From positions 1 to 40,967 of the forward strand of contig SBGS01000256.1 of the NCBI GenBank assembly GCA_006226555.1: a stretch of DNA of 40,967 bases, read 5' to 3'. Source of the DNA: Bacteroidota bacterium (GTDB lineage Bacteria; Bacteroidota; Bacteroidia; Flavobacteriales_D; Crocinitomicaceae). Made by a program: the position numbers and the translations under genes. This document shows, one piece after another, positions 9,173-18,766 of the stretch. The notes below the pieces were generated by a model. That model worked only from the letters and a program-made list of their open reading frames with translations. It was not told the origin of the DNA and made no database searches. Each line of letters starts with the position of its first letter. The first letter of the stretch is position 1.

Positions 9173-11525
9173 TCACATTGACGTGCCCAACACGATCTTT
9201 CTCTCTTCCTGAATTCGTCGTAAAGTCTATCTTATAGGTATAGGTGCCATCAGGGACATATTCTCCTTCAAAGGTACCATCCCATTGAAAGTCTTTCTGG
9301 TCATCAGAGAAAATTAGCTCTCCCCAGCGATTGTAGATCTCAACGGTGAGGTTGCTGATCCCAACTGTGGAAGCTTTGAACGTATTGTTCGCGCGATCAC
9401 CATTTGGAGTAAAGGTATTCGGAATGTAGATATACCACTCTTCCTCGATCAAAAGAGGTTTTGTAATTGTATCGGTACAACCTTTGTCATCGATCGCAAC
9501 CAGGGTAACGTAATAAATTCCTGGTTCATCGTAAACATTCTGCGGGTTTACAATCGTTGAACCATTACCATCTCCAAACTCCCACTCATAAGTACTGGCG
9601 TTTTGAGACCAGTTAACAAATTGTATAGGAACATCATTAAAGTACATTGTACTCGACGCGTTAAAGTCTGCTGTCGGGCGAATAACCGTCACCTTTGTGG
9701 AGCCAGTAACCGAGAAAGTCTGACATTCATCTGAAACACTAACGGTGTAGGAAGTAGTTTCCTGCGGATTCACCCATACCCCTTGAGTTGTTTCTCCACT
9801 GTGGTACCAATTGTAATAATAGTTTCCGTATCCTCCAGTTGGCTGTACAGAAATAAAGACCGAATCACCCGGACAAATCTCCAGTCCCGGACTCATTGTT
9901 AGGACAAGTGGCGGACTTGTTATGGTGTAAGTGATATTTGCTGTGGTCTGGTTGCCGCAATTATCTTGAACGACAACAGTATAAACTGTAGAAGTTCCTG
10001 GTATAACATCTATTGTTGGAGTATTGCCTAGTGCTCCATCTGTATTTGATGACCATGAATATGTATAACCTCCTGATCCTCCTGAAGAGTTCGCTTCCAG
10101 GGTAGCAGGTATGAACGGACAGATCTCTGTGATGTTTGGCGTAGGATTTAGAACCAAAGGAGGTACCACAGGGACGATAACTTCATAACTATCCGTTGCT
10201 GTTTCATTCAAACAGGCATCTGTGACCTGAACAGAATAAGTTGTGTTCGAATTTGGTGCGACTGTGATACTTTGCGTAGTTTCCCCAGTGCTCCATAGAT
10301 ACGTATATGGAGGTGCTCCACCAGAAGGATTAGCCGTAAGGGTAACCGGATCTCCCGGACATTGCATATCGCCCCCTTGGATCTCTACATCAACAGGTTG
10401 AATATCATTTATGATCAGATTGATCTCGATAGGGGTCACGTTACCGCAAGGATCTGTAAGAGGGAATTCAAGATTAACTGTTTCAGGTCCTTCCACTAAT
10501 CCATCCTGAAATGCACTGAATGTGAAAGACACCTGGGCAACTCCTGCAGGGAAAGTTATGGAGTTCGGAATATTATCGTAGTCCACACCTTCGATGGCTG
10601 TTCCGCTTACGTTGATCGGAATGGTCATGGGAGAGGCGATCTCATTTGTACCGCGTTCCAAGGTAACAGTGGTACTCACACAACCCTCAGCCATAATATC
10701 GGGTGAACCGAATAGCTCTTGAGAGATAGAATAGGTAATATCAACCGGTGTTTTGGAAGATAAACTATTTGCTTCCAGAAATATTCCTGAATCAAGAATA
10801 CCATCTCCGGTGTCTGCTATGGCAATGATCAAATGATACGTCTGCCCACATTGAACTTTGGATGAAGCAGTCATCACTTTTGTAAACCCGTCGTATTGCA
10901 AGTACTGATTCGATCCGTTGAATGGAGCTTGTGACCCATCTCCGTTATTTACAAAGAATGCAGCGTTTGCTCCGGCGTTAACATTATTAATGGCAACGGC
11001 TTGACCATTTGGAAGTTTTGCCATGTTTTGCAAACCGCTAATTCCAGGTCCTGAAATGAAGAATGCGAAAACATCGTTGAATTGTGTTCCGACATATTCC
11101 GGGTATTCTTCGGAACCAAAGATGTACCTGAATTTAACAGAGTCTGAATAAGGCACAAAATCAAATTCAAGAATGGCAGCGTTGAACGTTTGAGTACCTA
11201 CTAAGTTAGTAAGTGGACCGTAACCACCCGCTCCATTGTCTACACCCGAACCTCCGTTGTTATTCGGTCCATGAGGGCCATCCCCTGTATTGTTAACCGT
11301 CCCCGTAGTCATTACTACACCCTCTGATAGTCCGAAGTTTATTACGTTGGCTGTAAAATATCCAATAGATGTAGGAAGACCGTTGTATGTAATATTTGAA
11401 ACCGTTACCCCGGATCCGAGAAGAACGTTTTGAACAAGGTTACCCGGAGTCTGAACATTTGTGCTCAATTGCCCACTGGAAAGGCCAGTGATAGCTAGAG
11501 ATAATATGAGCAACAACTGTTTCAT
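9165..11525 (-). CDS. Choice-of-anchor L domain, Calx-beta, Ig-like modules, PKD and a T9SS type B (CHU_C-like) C-terminal sorting domain protein
   Basis: There is a signal peptide. 'FRYIFGSEEYPEYVGTQFNDVFAFFISGPG...QYDGFT...YHLIIAIADTGDGILDSGIFLEANS' matches the choice-of-anchor L pattern. 'GTAIEGVDYDNIPNSITFPAGVAQVSF..DGLVEGPETVNLEF' is Calx-beta-like. 'WEFGDGNGS...PGIYYVTLVAIDDKGC' is PKD. The tail 'YIPNTFTPNGDRANNTF..IYNRWGELI..WDG..DGTYTYKI..GHVNVIK' is a type B CTD. Confidence 0.9.
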   Translation of the reverse strand: MKQLLLILSLAITGLSSGQLSTNVQTPGNLVQNVLLGSGVTVSNITYNGLPTSIGYFTANVINFGLSEGVVMTTGTVNNTGDGPHGPNNNGGSGVDNGAGGYGPLTNLVGTQTFNAAILEFDFVPYSDSVKFRYIFGSEEYPEYVGTQFNDVFAFFISGPGISGLQNMAKLPNGQAVAINNVNAGANAAFFVNNGDGSQAPFNGSNQYLQYDGFTKVMTASSKVQCGQTYHLIIAIADTGDGILDSGIFLEANSLSSKTPVDITYSISQELFGSPDIMAEGCVSTTVTLERGTNEIASPMTIPINVSGTAIEGVDYDNIPNSITFPAGVAQVSFTFSAFQDGLVEGPETVNLEFPLTDPCGNVTPIEINLIINDIQPVDVEIQGGDMQCPGDPVTLTANPSGGAPPYTYLWSTGETTQSITVAPNSNTTYSVQVTDACLNETATDSYEVIVPVVPPLVLNPTPNITEICPFIPATLEANSSGGSGGYTYSWSSNTDGALGNTPTIDVIPGTSTVYTVVVQDNCGNQTTANITYTITSPPLVLTMSPGLEICPGDSVFISVQPTGGYGNYYYNWYHSGETTQGVWVNPQETTSYTVSVSDECQTFSVTGSTKVTVIRPTADFNASSTMYFNDVPIQFVNWSQNASTYEWEFGDGNGSTIVNPQNVYDEPGIYYVTLVAIDDKGCTDTITKPLLIEEEWYIYIPNTFTPNGDRANNTFKASTVGISNLTVEIYNRWGELIFSDDQKDFQWDGTFEGEYVPDGTYTYKIDFTTNSGREKDRVGHVNVIK

Positions 11526-11663
11526 TGTAGATTAGACGTAAATGTAGATAAAACGTTTGCTTTCAAGGAACAAAATCTGAGCCAAAGACAGCGTTTATGA
11601 ATTATTAACGATCAATTCGCTTAAATATTTGGAGTACAAGCTGAATTATAACAGATTTGTATA

Positions 11664-12497
11664 ATGGGAAAAATACGCGCAATATGGAATCGATGGCGAA
11701 AGCCTCTGAAGTATTCGGCTTCAGATCCTGAGAACTTTGCTGAGAAGTGGAGTTTTACCAGTAATCGACTGAGGATATTCAGTTTATTGTTCGTCTCTTT
11801 TTCACTTATCATATATGGGTTTTTGTACTTTTTTTCTCCCTGGTTTGTTGCTGTACAAGGATCGAAGGGAATAAAAAGAGAACAGCTGGAGGTTCAGGCG
11901 AAGCAGATAGAGGATTTGCAAAATGAATTGTTAGCCCAAGAGCGCTATATAAACAGTATGCGTCTGATCATATTGGGTGAAGTACCAGTTACTTCTTCAA
12001 TGGATTCACTGAATGAATATAGCACAGAAATGATCGATAGTTTGTTTGATTATACTGATTCTGCTTCTGTGGCTTTAGAGAACAGAATGAAGCAAGATAT
12101 GCGAACGAAGGGTAAATCGAGCAGAACGAGCCTCTTCATTGCGCCGGTAAAAGGGGTTGTTAGTCAATCGTATAAAAAGGGAGAACATCCGGGAGTAGAT
12201 ATCGTTACAGAACCGGAAACAAATGTTCTTGCTGCGCTTTCAGGAACAGTTATTTACACGGGATATACAAGGAAGGATGGTTTCATTACCATTATTCATC
12301 ATGGTGGAGGTTATGTATCTGTCTACAAACATTGTAAGGCGGTGTTCAAAAAATCCGGTGATCGCGTTCAGATCGGAGACCCAATTGGCATTGTTGGGAA
12401 CACTGGAGAGAATTCAACCGGACCTCATTTACATTTTGAGGTATGGCTGGATCAACAACCAATTGATCCTACAGCGTATCTGAGTTTTAAGAAATAA
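11664..12497 (+). CDS. M23 family metallopeptidase (peptidoglycan DD-endopeptidase-like) with an N-terminal TM helix and a coiled coil
   Basis: The catalytic motifs 'HPGVDI' (HxxxD) and 'GPHLHFEV' (HxH) are present. The TM segment is 'IFSLLFVSFSLIIYGFLYFF', followed by the heptad-like 'QLEVQAKQIEDLQNELLAQERYINS'. Confidence 0.85.
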   Translation: MGKIRAIWNRWRKPLKYSASDPENFAEKWSFTSNRLRIFSLLFVSFSLIIYGFLYFFSPWFVAVQGSKGIKREQLEVQAKQIEDLQNELLAQERYINSMRLIILGEVPVTSSMDSLNEYSTEMIDSLFDYTDSASVALENRMKQDMRTKGKSSRTSLFIAPVKGVVSQSYKKGEHPGVDIVTEPETNVLAALSGTVIYTGYTRKDGFITIIHHGGGYVSVYKHCKAVFKKSGDRVQIGDPIGIVGNTGENSTGPHLHFEVWLDQQPIDPTAYLSFKK

Positions 12498-14331
12498 TTC
12501 CTTGTAGAGAGGAAAGTCTGTAGTACATGCCTTTTTTGGCCAGCAACTCTTCGTGCTTGCCACGTTCAATGATCTCGCCCTTGGAAAGAACAAGAATTTC
12601 ATCAGCACGCTGAATGGTGCTCAGACGATGTGCAATAACCAAACTAGTTCTGTCTTTCATCAAGTGTTCCAGAGCATTCTGAACGAGTTGTTCGGATTCT
12701 GTATCTAAAGCAGAAGTAGCTTCATCCAAGATAAGTACCGGAGGATTTTTCAATACTGCTCTCGCAATACTAACACGTTGTTTTTGACCTCCTGAAAGTT
12801 TGTTACCGCGCTCTCCAATGTTGGTTTCATATCCATTTTCAAGACTCATAATAAAGTCGTGAGCATTGGCGATTTTTGCGGCGTTTATAATGTCTTCCAT
12901 AGATGCGCCGGGCATTCCGAAGGCAATATTTTCCTTTACAGATGCATTGAAAAGTATGGATTCCTGAGAAACGATTCCGATCAATTGTCGCAGATCATGG
13001 ATTGCAAGGTCTCGAATATCAATGTCGTCAATCTTAATGGAGCCCTCTTTTATGTCGTAGAACCTTGGCAAAAGGTCTGCAATCGTTGATTTTCCACTAC
13101 CAGATTCTCCAACCAAAGCAATGGTTTTACCGGCTGGAATACTAAAGGAGACATCCTTCAAAACTGGGTCATCTTTATACTTAAAGTTAACGTGTTCATA
13201 GTGTATTCCTGATTGAACTGTGGAGATGTGTTTTGGATGTTCTGTTTCGAAGATCTTTTCATCTGCATTCAAAATCTCATTGATTCGATCCTGTGAAGCC
13301 TTCGCCTTGTTCAGATTTGCAAGTGAATTAGCAACACCCTGTATAGGTCTGAGAAGCTGTGAAAATACAATGATGAAGCCCATGAACTCTGAGCTGGTAA
13401 AGCCGCTCGTGGACTTATCAAGGACAAGTGTGCCTCCGTACCAGACAATAGTGATCATCACCGCTGATCCCAGGATCTCATTCAATGGTGAAGATAGGTC
13501 ACGTTTTCTAAAAGCTTTCGTGATCAATTTTTGATGACGCAGGTTTTCTCCCTTGAACTTCGAGATCATTTGAGACATCGCGTTGAATGCTTTAATGATG
13601 CGTATTCCACCAAGGCTTTCATCCATGGTAGAAAAGAGTATACCCATTTGCTCTTGACCCTGCTTCGCCGTTCTCTTTAAACTTTTTCCAATGATCGATA
13701 TAGCGAGTGCTGAAACCGGAAGTAAGATTAAGGAGAACAAGGTGAGTTGAGGGCTCCAGTATAACAGTGCTCCTAAATTGATCGCTATTGCAACCGGCTC
13801 GCGGAAGAAAAGTTCCAACATGGAAACAACGGCATTCTCAATTTCCCCTACATCAGATTGCATGCGTGCCATCAAATCTCCTCTTCTCTCATCCGTGTAA
13901 TAGGAAATGGGCAAGCGCATCGCTTTTTCGAATAGTTTGTCGCGAATATCCCTGACAACTGACATTCTCAATTGTGACTGAAACCAAATAGCGCCGTAGC
14001 GAAAAATGTTTTTGAAGAAAAATGCGATCAATACCGTAATACACACAAAAAGTAATGCCCCTTTAGGATCCGATTGCGACATCAGATTCATCTCATAGTT
14101 ATACCATTCTCCGGCATACTGAAAGAATCCTGTAAAAGACCCATTGTATACAGGTTCATGCAATACTTCTGTGGCACGATTTTCATTGAATATTACCTGC
14201 AGAAAAGGCACAAAGAGTGCAAGTGAAAGTAAATTGAAGATCACGTAAAGCAAGTTGCAAACGATCACTAATATAGCAGTGGCCTTGTATTGGAAAGTAT
14301 ACTTATAGATCTCCAGAATATCCTTCATCAT
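12487..14331 (-). CDS. ABC transporter permease/ATP-binding fusion (MsbA/lipid-A-exporter-like)
   Basis: Six predicted N-terminal TM helices are followed by Walker A 'GESGSGKST', the ABC signature 'LSGGQKQR' and Walker B 'ILILDEATSALD'. The longest ORF starts at 14382. I prefer the ATG-ATG at 14331 (MMKDILEIYKY...) because the 17-aa extension has no typical N-terminal features. Confidence 0.8.
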   Translation of the reverse strand: MMKDILEIYKYTFQYKATAILVIVCNLLYVIFNLLSLALFVPFLQVIFNENRATEVLHEPVYNGSFTGFFQYAGEWYNYEMNLMSQSDPKGALLFVCITVLIAFFFKNIFRYGAIWFQSQLRMSVVRDIRDKLFEKAMRLPISYYTDERRGDLMARMQSDVGEIENAVVSMLELFFREPVAIAINLGALLYWSPQLTLFSLILLPVSALAISIIGKSLKRTAKQGQEQMGILFSTMDESLGGIRIIKAFNAMSQMISKFKGENLRHQKLITKAFRKRDLSSPLNEILGSAVMITIVWYGGTLVLDKSTSGFTSSEFMGFIIVFSQLLRPIQGVANSLANLNKAKASQDRINEILNADEKIFETEHPKHISTVQSGIHYEHVNFKYKDDPVLKDVSFSIPAGKTIALVGESGSGKSTIADLLPRFYDIKEGSIKIDDIDIRDLAIHDLRQLIGIVSQESILFNASVKENIAFGMPGASMEDIINAAKIANAHDFIMSLENGYETNIGERGNKLSGGQKQRVSIARAVLKNPPVLILDEATSALDTESEQLVQNALEHLMKDRTSLVIAHRLSTIQRADEILVLSKGEIIERGKHEELLAKKGMYYRLSSLQGIIS

Positions 14332-14398
14332 GCACAAAGATATGTTTTTGTGAATGAGCTCACTCCGTATAGGCGCAAACAATTATTAAATTTGCATC

Positions 14399-14737
14399 AT
14401 GGGTTCGATCAGACAAAATAGAATCGAAGGTGTAATCCAACAGGAACTGTCGGTATACTTTCAACGTAATGCCAGGGAAATTTGTTTAGGAGCAATGGTG
14501 TCCGTAACGGTTGTACGTGTAACTTCCGACCTCTCTATGGCGAAGTGTTACCTCAGTATTTTTGCAGGTCCTGATAAAAAGGAAGTTTTGGAAAATATTA
14601 AAGTACACGCCTCTCAGATCCGTGGTAATGTTGGCAAGGCACTGAAGAACATGCGTAAGATCCCTGAACTGGCTTTTTATATTGATGATTCGATCGATTA
14701 CGCGAATGAGATCGATCAACTTCTTAAAAAAGGGTAG
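14399..14737 (+). CDS. rbfA: Ribosome-binding factor A
   Basis: The ORF is 112 aa. 'RQNRIEGVIQQELSVYFQR...VSVTVVRVTSDLSMAKCYLSIF' and the C-terminal 'PELAFYIDDS' fit the RbfA KH-like family pattern. Confidence 0.85.
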   Translation: MGSIRQNRIEGVIQQELSVYFQRNAREICLGAMVSVTVVRVTSDLSMAKCYLSIFAGPDKKEVLENIKVHASQIRGNVGKALKNMRKIPELAFYIDDSIDYANEIDQLLKKG

Positions 14738-15968
14738 TATAAACGTATCGTTATACATAGCGCGGCGCTACTTAAAAACGAAGCGCAAGAAAAACGTGAT
14801 CAACCTGATCACGCGTATTTCTGTGATCGGAATTGCCGTCATCACTATGGCACTAATCGTGTTATTATCGGCATTCAATGGAATCGAGGAGATGATAACC
14901 AGATTGTATTCCGAATTTGACCCGGATTTAACACTGAGGTTAAAGGAAGGAAAGTCTTTCAATCAGGATCGAGTTTCAAAGGATTATGTCCTGAAAATCG
15001 ATGGCGTTGAACACGTGGCATTTGGATTCGAGGAAGAGGTGATCCTGAAGCATGAGGATAAATGGGCAAATGCAACCTTGATCGGTGTGGATAGCTCATT
15101 TCTGGCGATCACTCAAATGGAAGATCATATGGTTGATGGCGCTCCAGTCCTGCAAAGGGATGGTGAAAGCTTTGCCTTGATTGGGGCTTCTCTGTTAGAT
15201 CGACTTGATGGTTTTATCCCGTCTAACGTAGGGCATGAATCGATCTTCTTTTATGCTCCAAAGAAAAAGATCAAACTATCACCCGGAAAGAATCCGTTTT
15301 ACATGAAAATGTTCAAGTTGTCCGGCAGGTATAATTTCAATCGCGAAGTCAATGCCGAAACGGTAGTGCTGCCAATGAAAGCAGTGCGGGATTTGATGGA
15401 GCAAAGTGATAAGGTGACAGTTCTCTTCGTAGACGTGAAGGATGGAATGCTTGAGAGCGTTAAGTCTTCTTTGAGTGCAAAATTCGGTAGTGAATTTGAT
15501 GTGAGATCAAACTTTGAGAAGAACGAGCTCATTTTTAAAACAAGTCGATCAGAAAAGCTCATCGTCATTTTGATCCTTGGGTTTATTTTCATTCTAGCAG
15601 CGTTTAATCTTGTAGCATCCCTCATAATGCTATTCGTTGAAAAGAAAAATGATGTTAGAACGCTGATCAGTATTGGTGCTGATAAACAGTTGATCTTCAG
15701 GATATTTTTTCTGGAAGGAATACTGATCTCTTTCAAGGGGATTTTGATAGGTGGGGTTTTAGGATATGGTATAAGCTTGTTACAGCTCAAATTTGGCTTA
15801 TTAACTATGCCGAATACCGGAGGTGAAGTATTCCCGGTTTCATTGTCCTTAAGAGATGGCCTGATCATTTTTGGACTTGTAGGCTCTTTATCGTTCATTT
15901 TTTCGTATTTCCCTGTGAAATATTTGGTTCGAAATGCTCTGAACGATATCCGATCGGCTACGGCATGA
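14682..15968 (+). CDS. FtsX-like ABC transporter permease (LolC/LolE family)
   Basis: 'YIARRYLKTKRKKNVINLI' is the typical LolE-family N-terminus and is followed by TM1. A large periplasmic loop and three C-terminal TM helices (FtsX domain) follow. The in-frame ATGs at 14682, 14685 and 14706 all lie inside rbfA, so the exact start is uncertain. Confidence 0.8.
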   Translation: MMIRSITRMRSINFLKKGSINVSLYIARRYLKTKRKKNVINLITRISVIGIAVITMALIVLLSAFNGIEEMITRLYSEFDPDLTLRLKEGKSFNQDRVSKDYVLKIDGVEHVAFGFEEEVILKHEDKWANATLIGVDSSFLAITQMEDHMVDGAPVLQRDGESFALIGASLLDRLDGFIPSNVGHESIFFYAPKKKIKLSPGKNPFYMKMFKLSGRYNFNREVNAETVVLPMKAVRDLMEQSDKVTVLFVDVKDGMLESVKSSLSAKFGSEFDVRSNFEKNELIFKTSRSEKLIVILILGFIFILAAFNLVASLIMLFVEKKNDVRTLISIGADKQLIFRIFFLEGILISFKGILIGGVLGYGISLLQLKFGLLTMPNTGGEVFPVSLSLRDGLIIFGLVGSLSFIFSYFPVKYLVRNALNDIRSATA

Positions 15969-16034
15969 TAAAGTGATAAAGATGCTTGTTGGGAACTTTT
16001 TCCAATTTATCCTTTTTACTTCAAAAGATTGACT

Positions 16035-16042
16035 TATCTTTG
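16035..16042 (+). promoter_or_regulatory. Candidate -7 promoter box (TATCTTTG) for atpD-atpC
   Basis: This is an exact TAnnTTTG match, 41 nt upstream of the atpD ATG. Confidence 0.4.
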
Positions 16043-16055
16043 CACCCAAAATTGA

Positions 16056-17588
<1,533 letters not shown>

Positions 17589-17598
17589 CTAAAACAAA

Positions 17599-17892
17599 AT
17601 GTTAGTAGAGATCATCACCCCTGAAATGGAAGTCTTTAAAGGAGAAGCTGAAGCAATTCAGTTTCCGGGATTGGATGGTTCGTTTCAGATATTGAACAAT
17701 CACGCGCCGATCATTTCTGCTCTTACAGCAGGAAAGGTTAAGGTTAACCTTACAGCTCCATACGAAGTTGAAGAAGGAAAAGAGAATCCGATGATCGAGC
17801 AGAATAACGGAGATAAGAAAGTTATTTTTGTAGCGATCAAAGGTGGTGTGGTTGAACTCATGAACAATAAGGCAATTGTACTTGCTGAGTGA
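17599..17892 (+). CDS. atpC: F0F1 ATP synthase subunit epsilon (short form)
   Basis: The gene lies 10 nt downstream of atpD. 'VEIITPEMEVFKGEAEAIQFPGLDGSFQILNNHAPIISAL' matches the epsilon N-terminal beta-sandwich. Confidence 0.85.
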   Translation: MLVEIITPEMEVFKGEAEAIQFPGLDGSFQILNNHAPIISALTAGKVKVNLTAPYEVEEGKENPMIEQNNGDKKVIFVAIKGGVVELMNNKAIVLAE

Positions 17893-17912
17893 GTAAAAAA
17901 AATATGTACTTT

Positions 17913-17949
17913 AAGAGGGATCTGGAATTTCCAAATCCCTCTTTTTGTT
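17913..17949 (+). terminator. Rho-independent terminator after atpC
   Basis: AGAGGGAT (17914-17921) pairs with ATCCCTCT (17935-17942), with an additional inner TGGA/TCCA pairing, and is followed by TTTTTGTT. Confidence 0.7.
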
Positions 17950-18022
17950 AAACAACGTTAAGCATAAACTAATAAGCGGAGCAAATACGATTCTTTATTT
18001 AAATTCGTTACTCTAACACGAG

Positions 18023-18766
18023 ATGAGTAGTTTGGAAAAGATCAATCTGGAAAATGTACCTGAGCACGTTGCGATCATTATGGATGGTAATGGTAGATGG
18101 GCTCGTCAACAAGGTCATGAACGCCTGTTTGGTCATAACTACGGAGTTGAAAGTGTAAGAGAAGCACTAAGAGCAGCTCAAAATACCGGCGTCAAATACC
18201 TTACACTCTATGCTTTTTCAACTGAGAATTGGAATAGACCGAAGGAGGAAGTTGACGGTTTAATGGATTTATTGGTTACTACTATTACGAATGAAGTAGA
18301 TGAGCTGGATTCGAACAATGTTCGTATTCAAACCATTGGAGACTCAACCGGTCTTCCGGAAGGATGTCGCTATGCCTTGATGAGCGCCATTGAAAGAACC
18401 AAAGACAATACCGGAGTTACACTTATTCTGGCGTTGAATTACAGTTCCCGTTGGGAAATATTAAATGCTACCAAAGAGATTGCAGGTGAAATAGCACGAG
18501 GGGAGCTTTCTCCTGATGACATCACCAGTGACGTTTTTGAAAAACATCTAACCACTCGCTCGATCCCTGATCCTGAATTAATGATCAGAACCAGTGGTGA
18601 GCACCGTGTGAGTAATTTCTTATTGTGGCAGATCGCCTATTCTGAATTTCACTTCACGGAAGTGTTGTGGCCGGATTTTAAAGAAGAAGATCTGTATAAA
18701 GCAATTCTTGATTTTCAGTCAAGGGAGCGACGATTCGGAATGGTTTCAGAACAATTGAATAAATGA
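18023..18766 (+). CDS. uppS: Isoprenyl transferase / undecaprenyl-diphosphate synthase
   Basis: 'HVAIIMDGNGRWA', 'LTLYAFSTENWNRP' and 'IRTSGEHRVSNFLLWQIAYSEF' are canonical cis-prenyltransferase motifs. Confidence 0.92.
   Translation: MSSLEKINLENVPEHVAIIMDGNGRWARQQGHERLFGHNYGVESVREALRAAQNTGVKYLTLYAFSTENWNRPKEEVDGLMDLLVTTITNEVDELDSNNVRIQTIGDSTGLPEGCRYALMSAIERTKDNTGVTLILALNYSSRWEILNATKEIAGEIARGELSPDDITSDVFEKHLTTRSIPDPELMIRTSGEHRVSNFLLWQIAYSEFHFTEVLWPDFKEEDLYKAILDFQSRERRFGMVSEQLNK

Noticed and set aside
11621-11812. 63-aa minus-strand ORF spanning the M23 peptidase start region.
   Set aside because: It overlaps the N-terminus of a supported gene and its upstream region, has no family resemblance, and is probably spurious.
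14387-14394. TAAATTTG box upstream of rbfA; also TATCTTTG (14336..14343, minus strand) upstream of the ABC exporter's internal ATG.
   Set aside because: These boxes are only 4 and 3 nt from the respective ATGs, so a transcript starting downstream of either box would miss the start codon. They may be chance matches in an AT-rich spacer.
15299-15898. 199-aa minus-strand ORF inside the FtsX-like permease gene; also the 108-aa minus-strand ORF at 8357..8683 inside the SDR gene.
   Set aside because: These are shadow ORFs opposite genes with clear family motifs, and they have no signals of their own.
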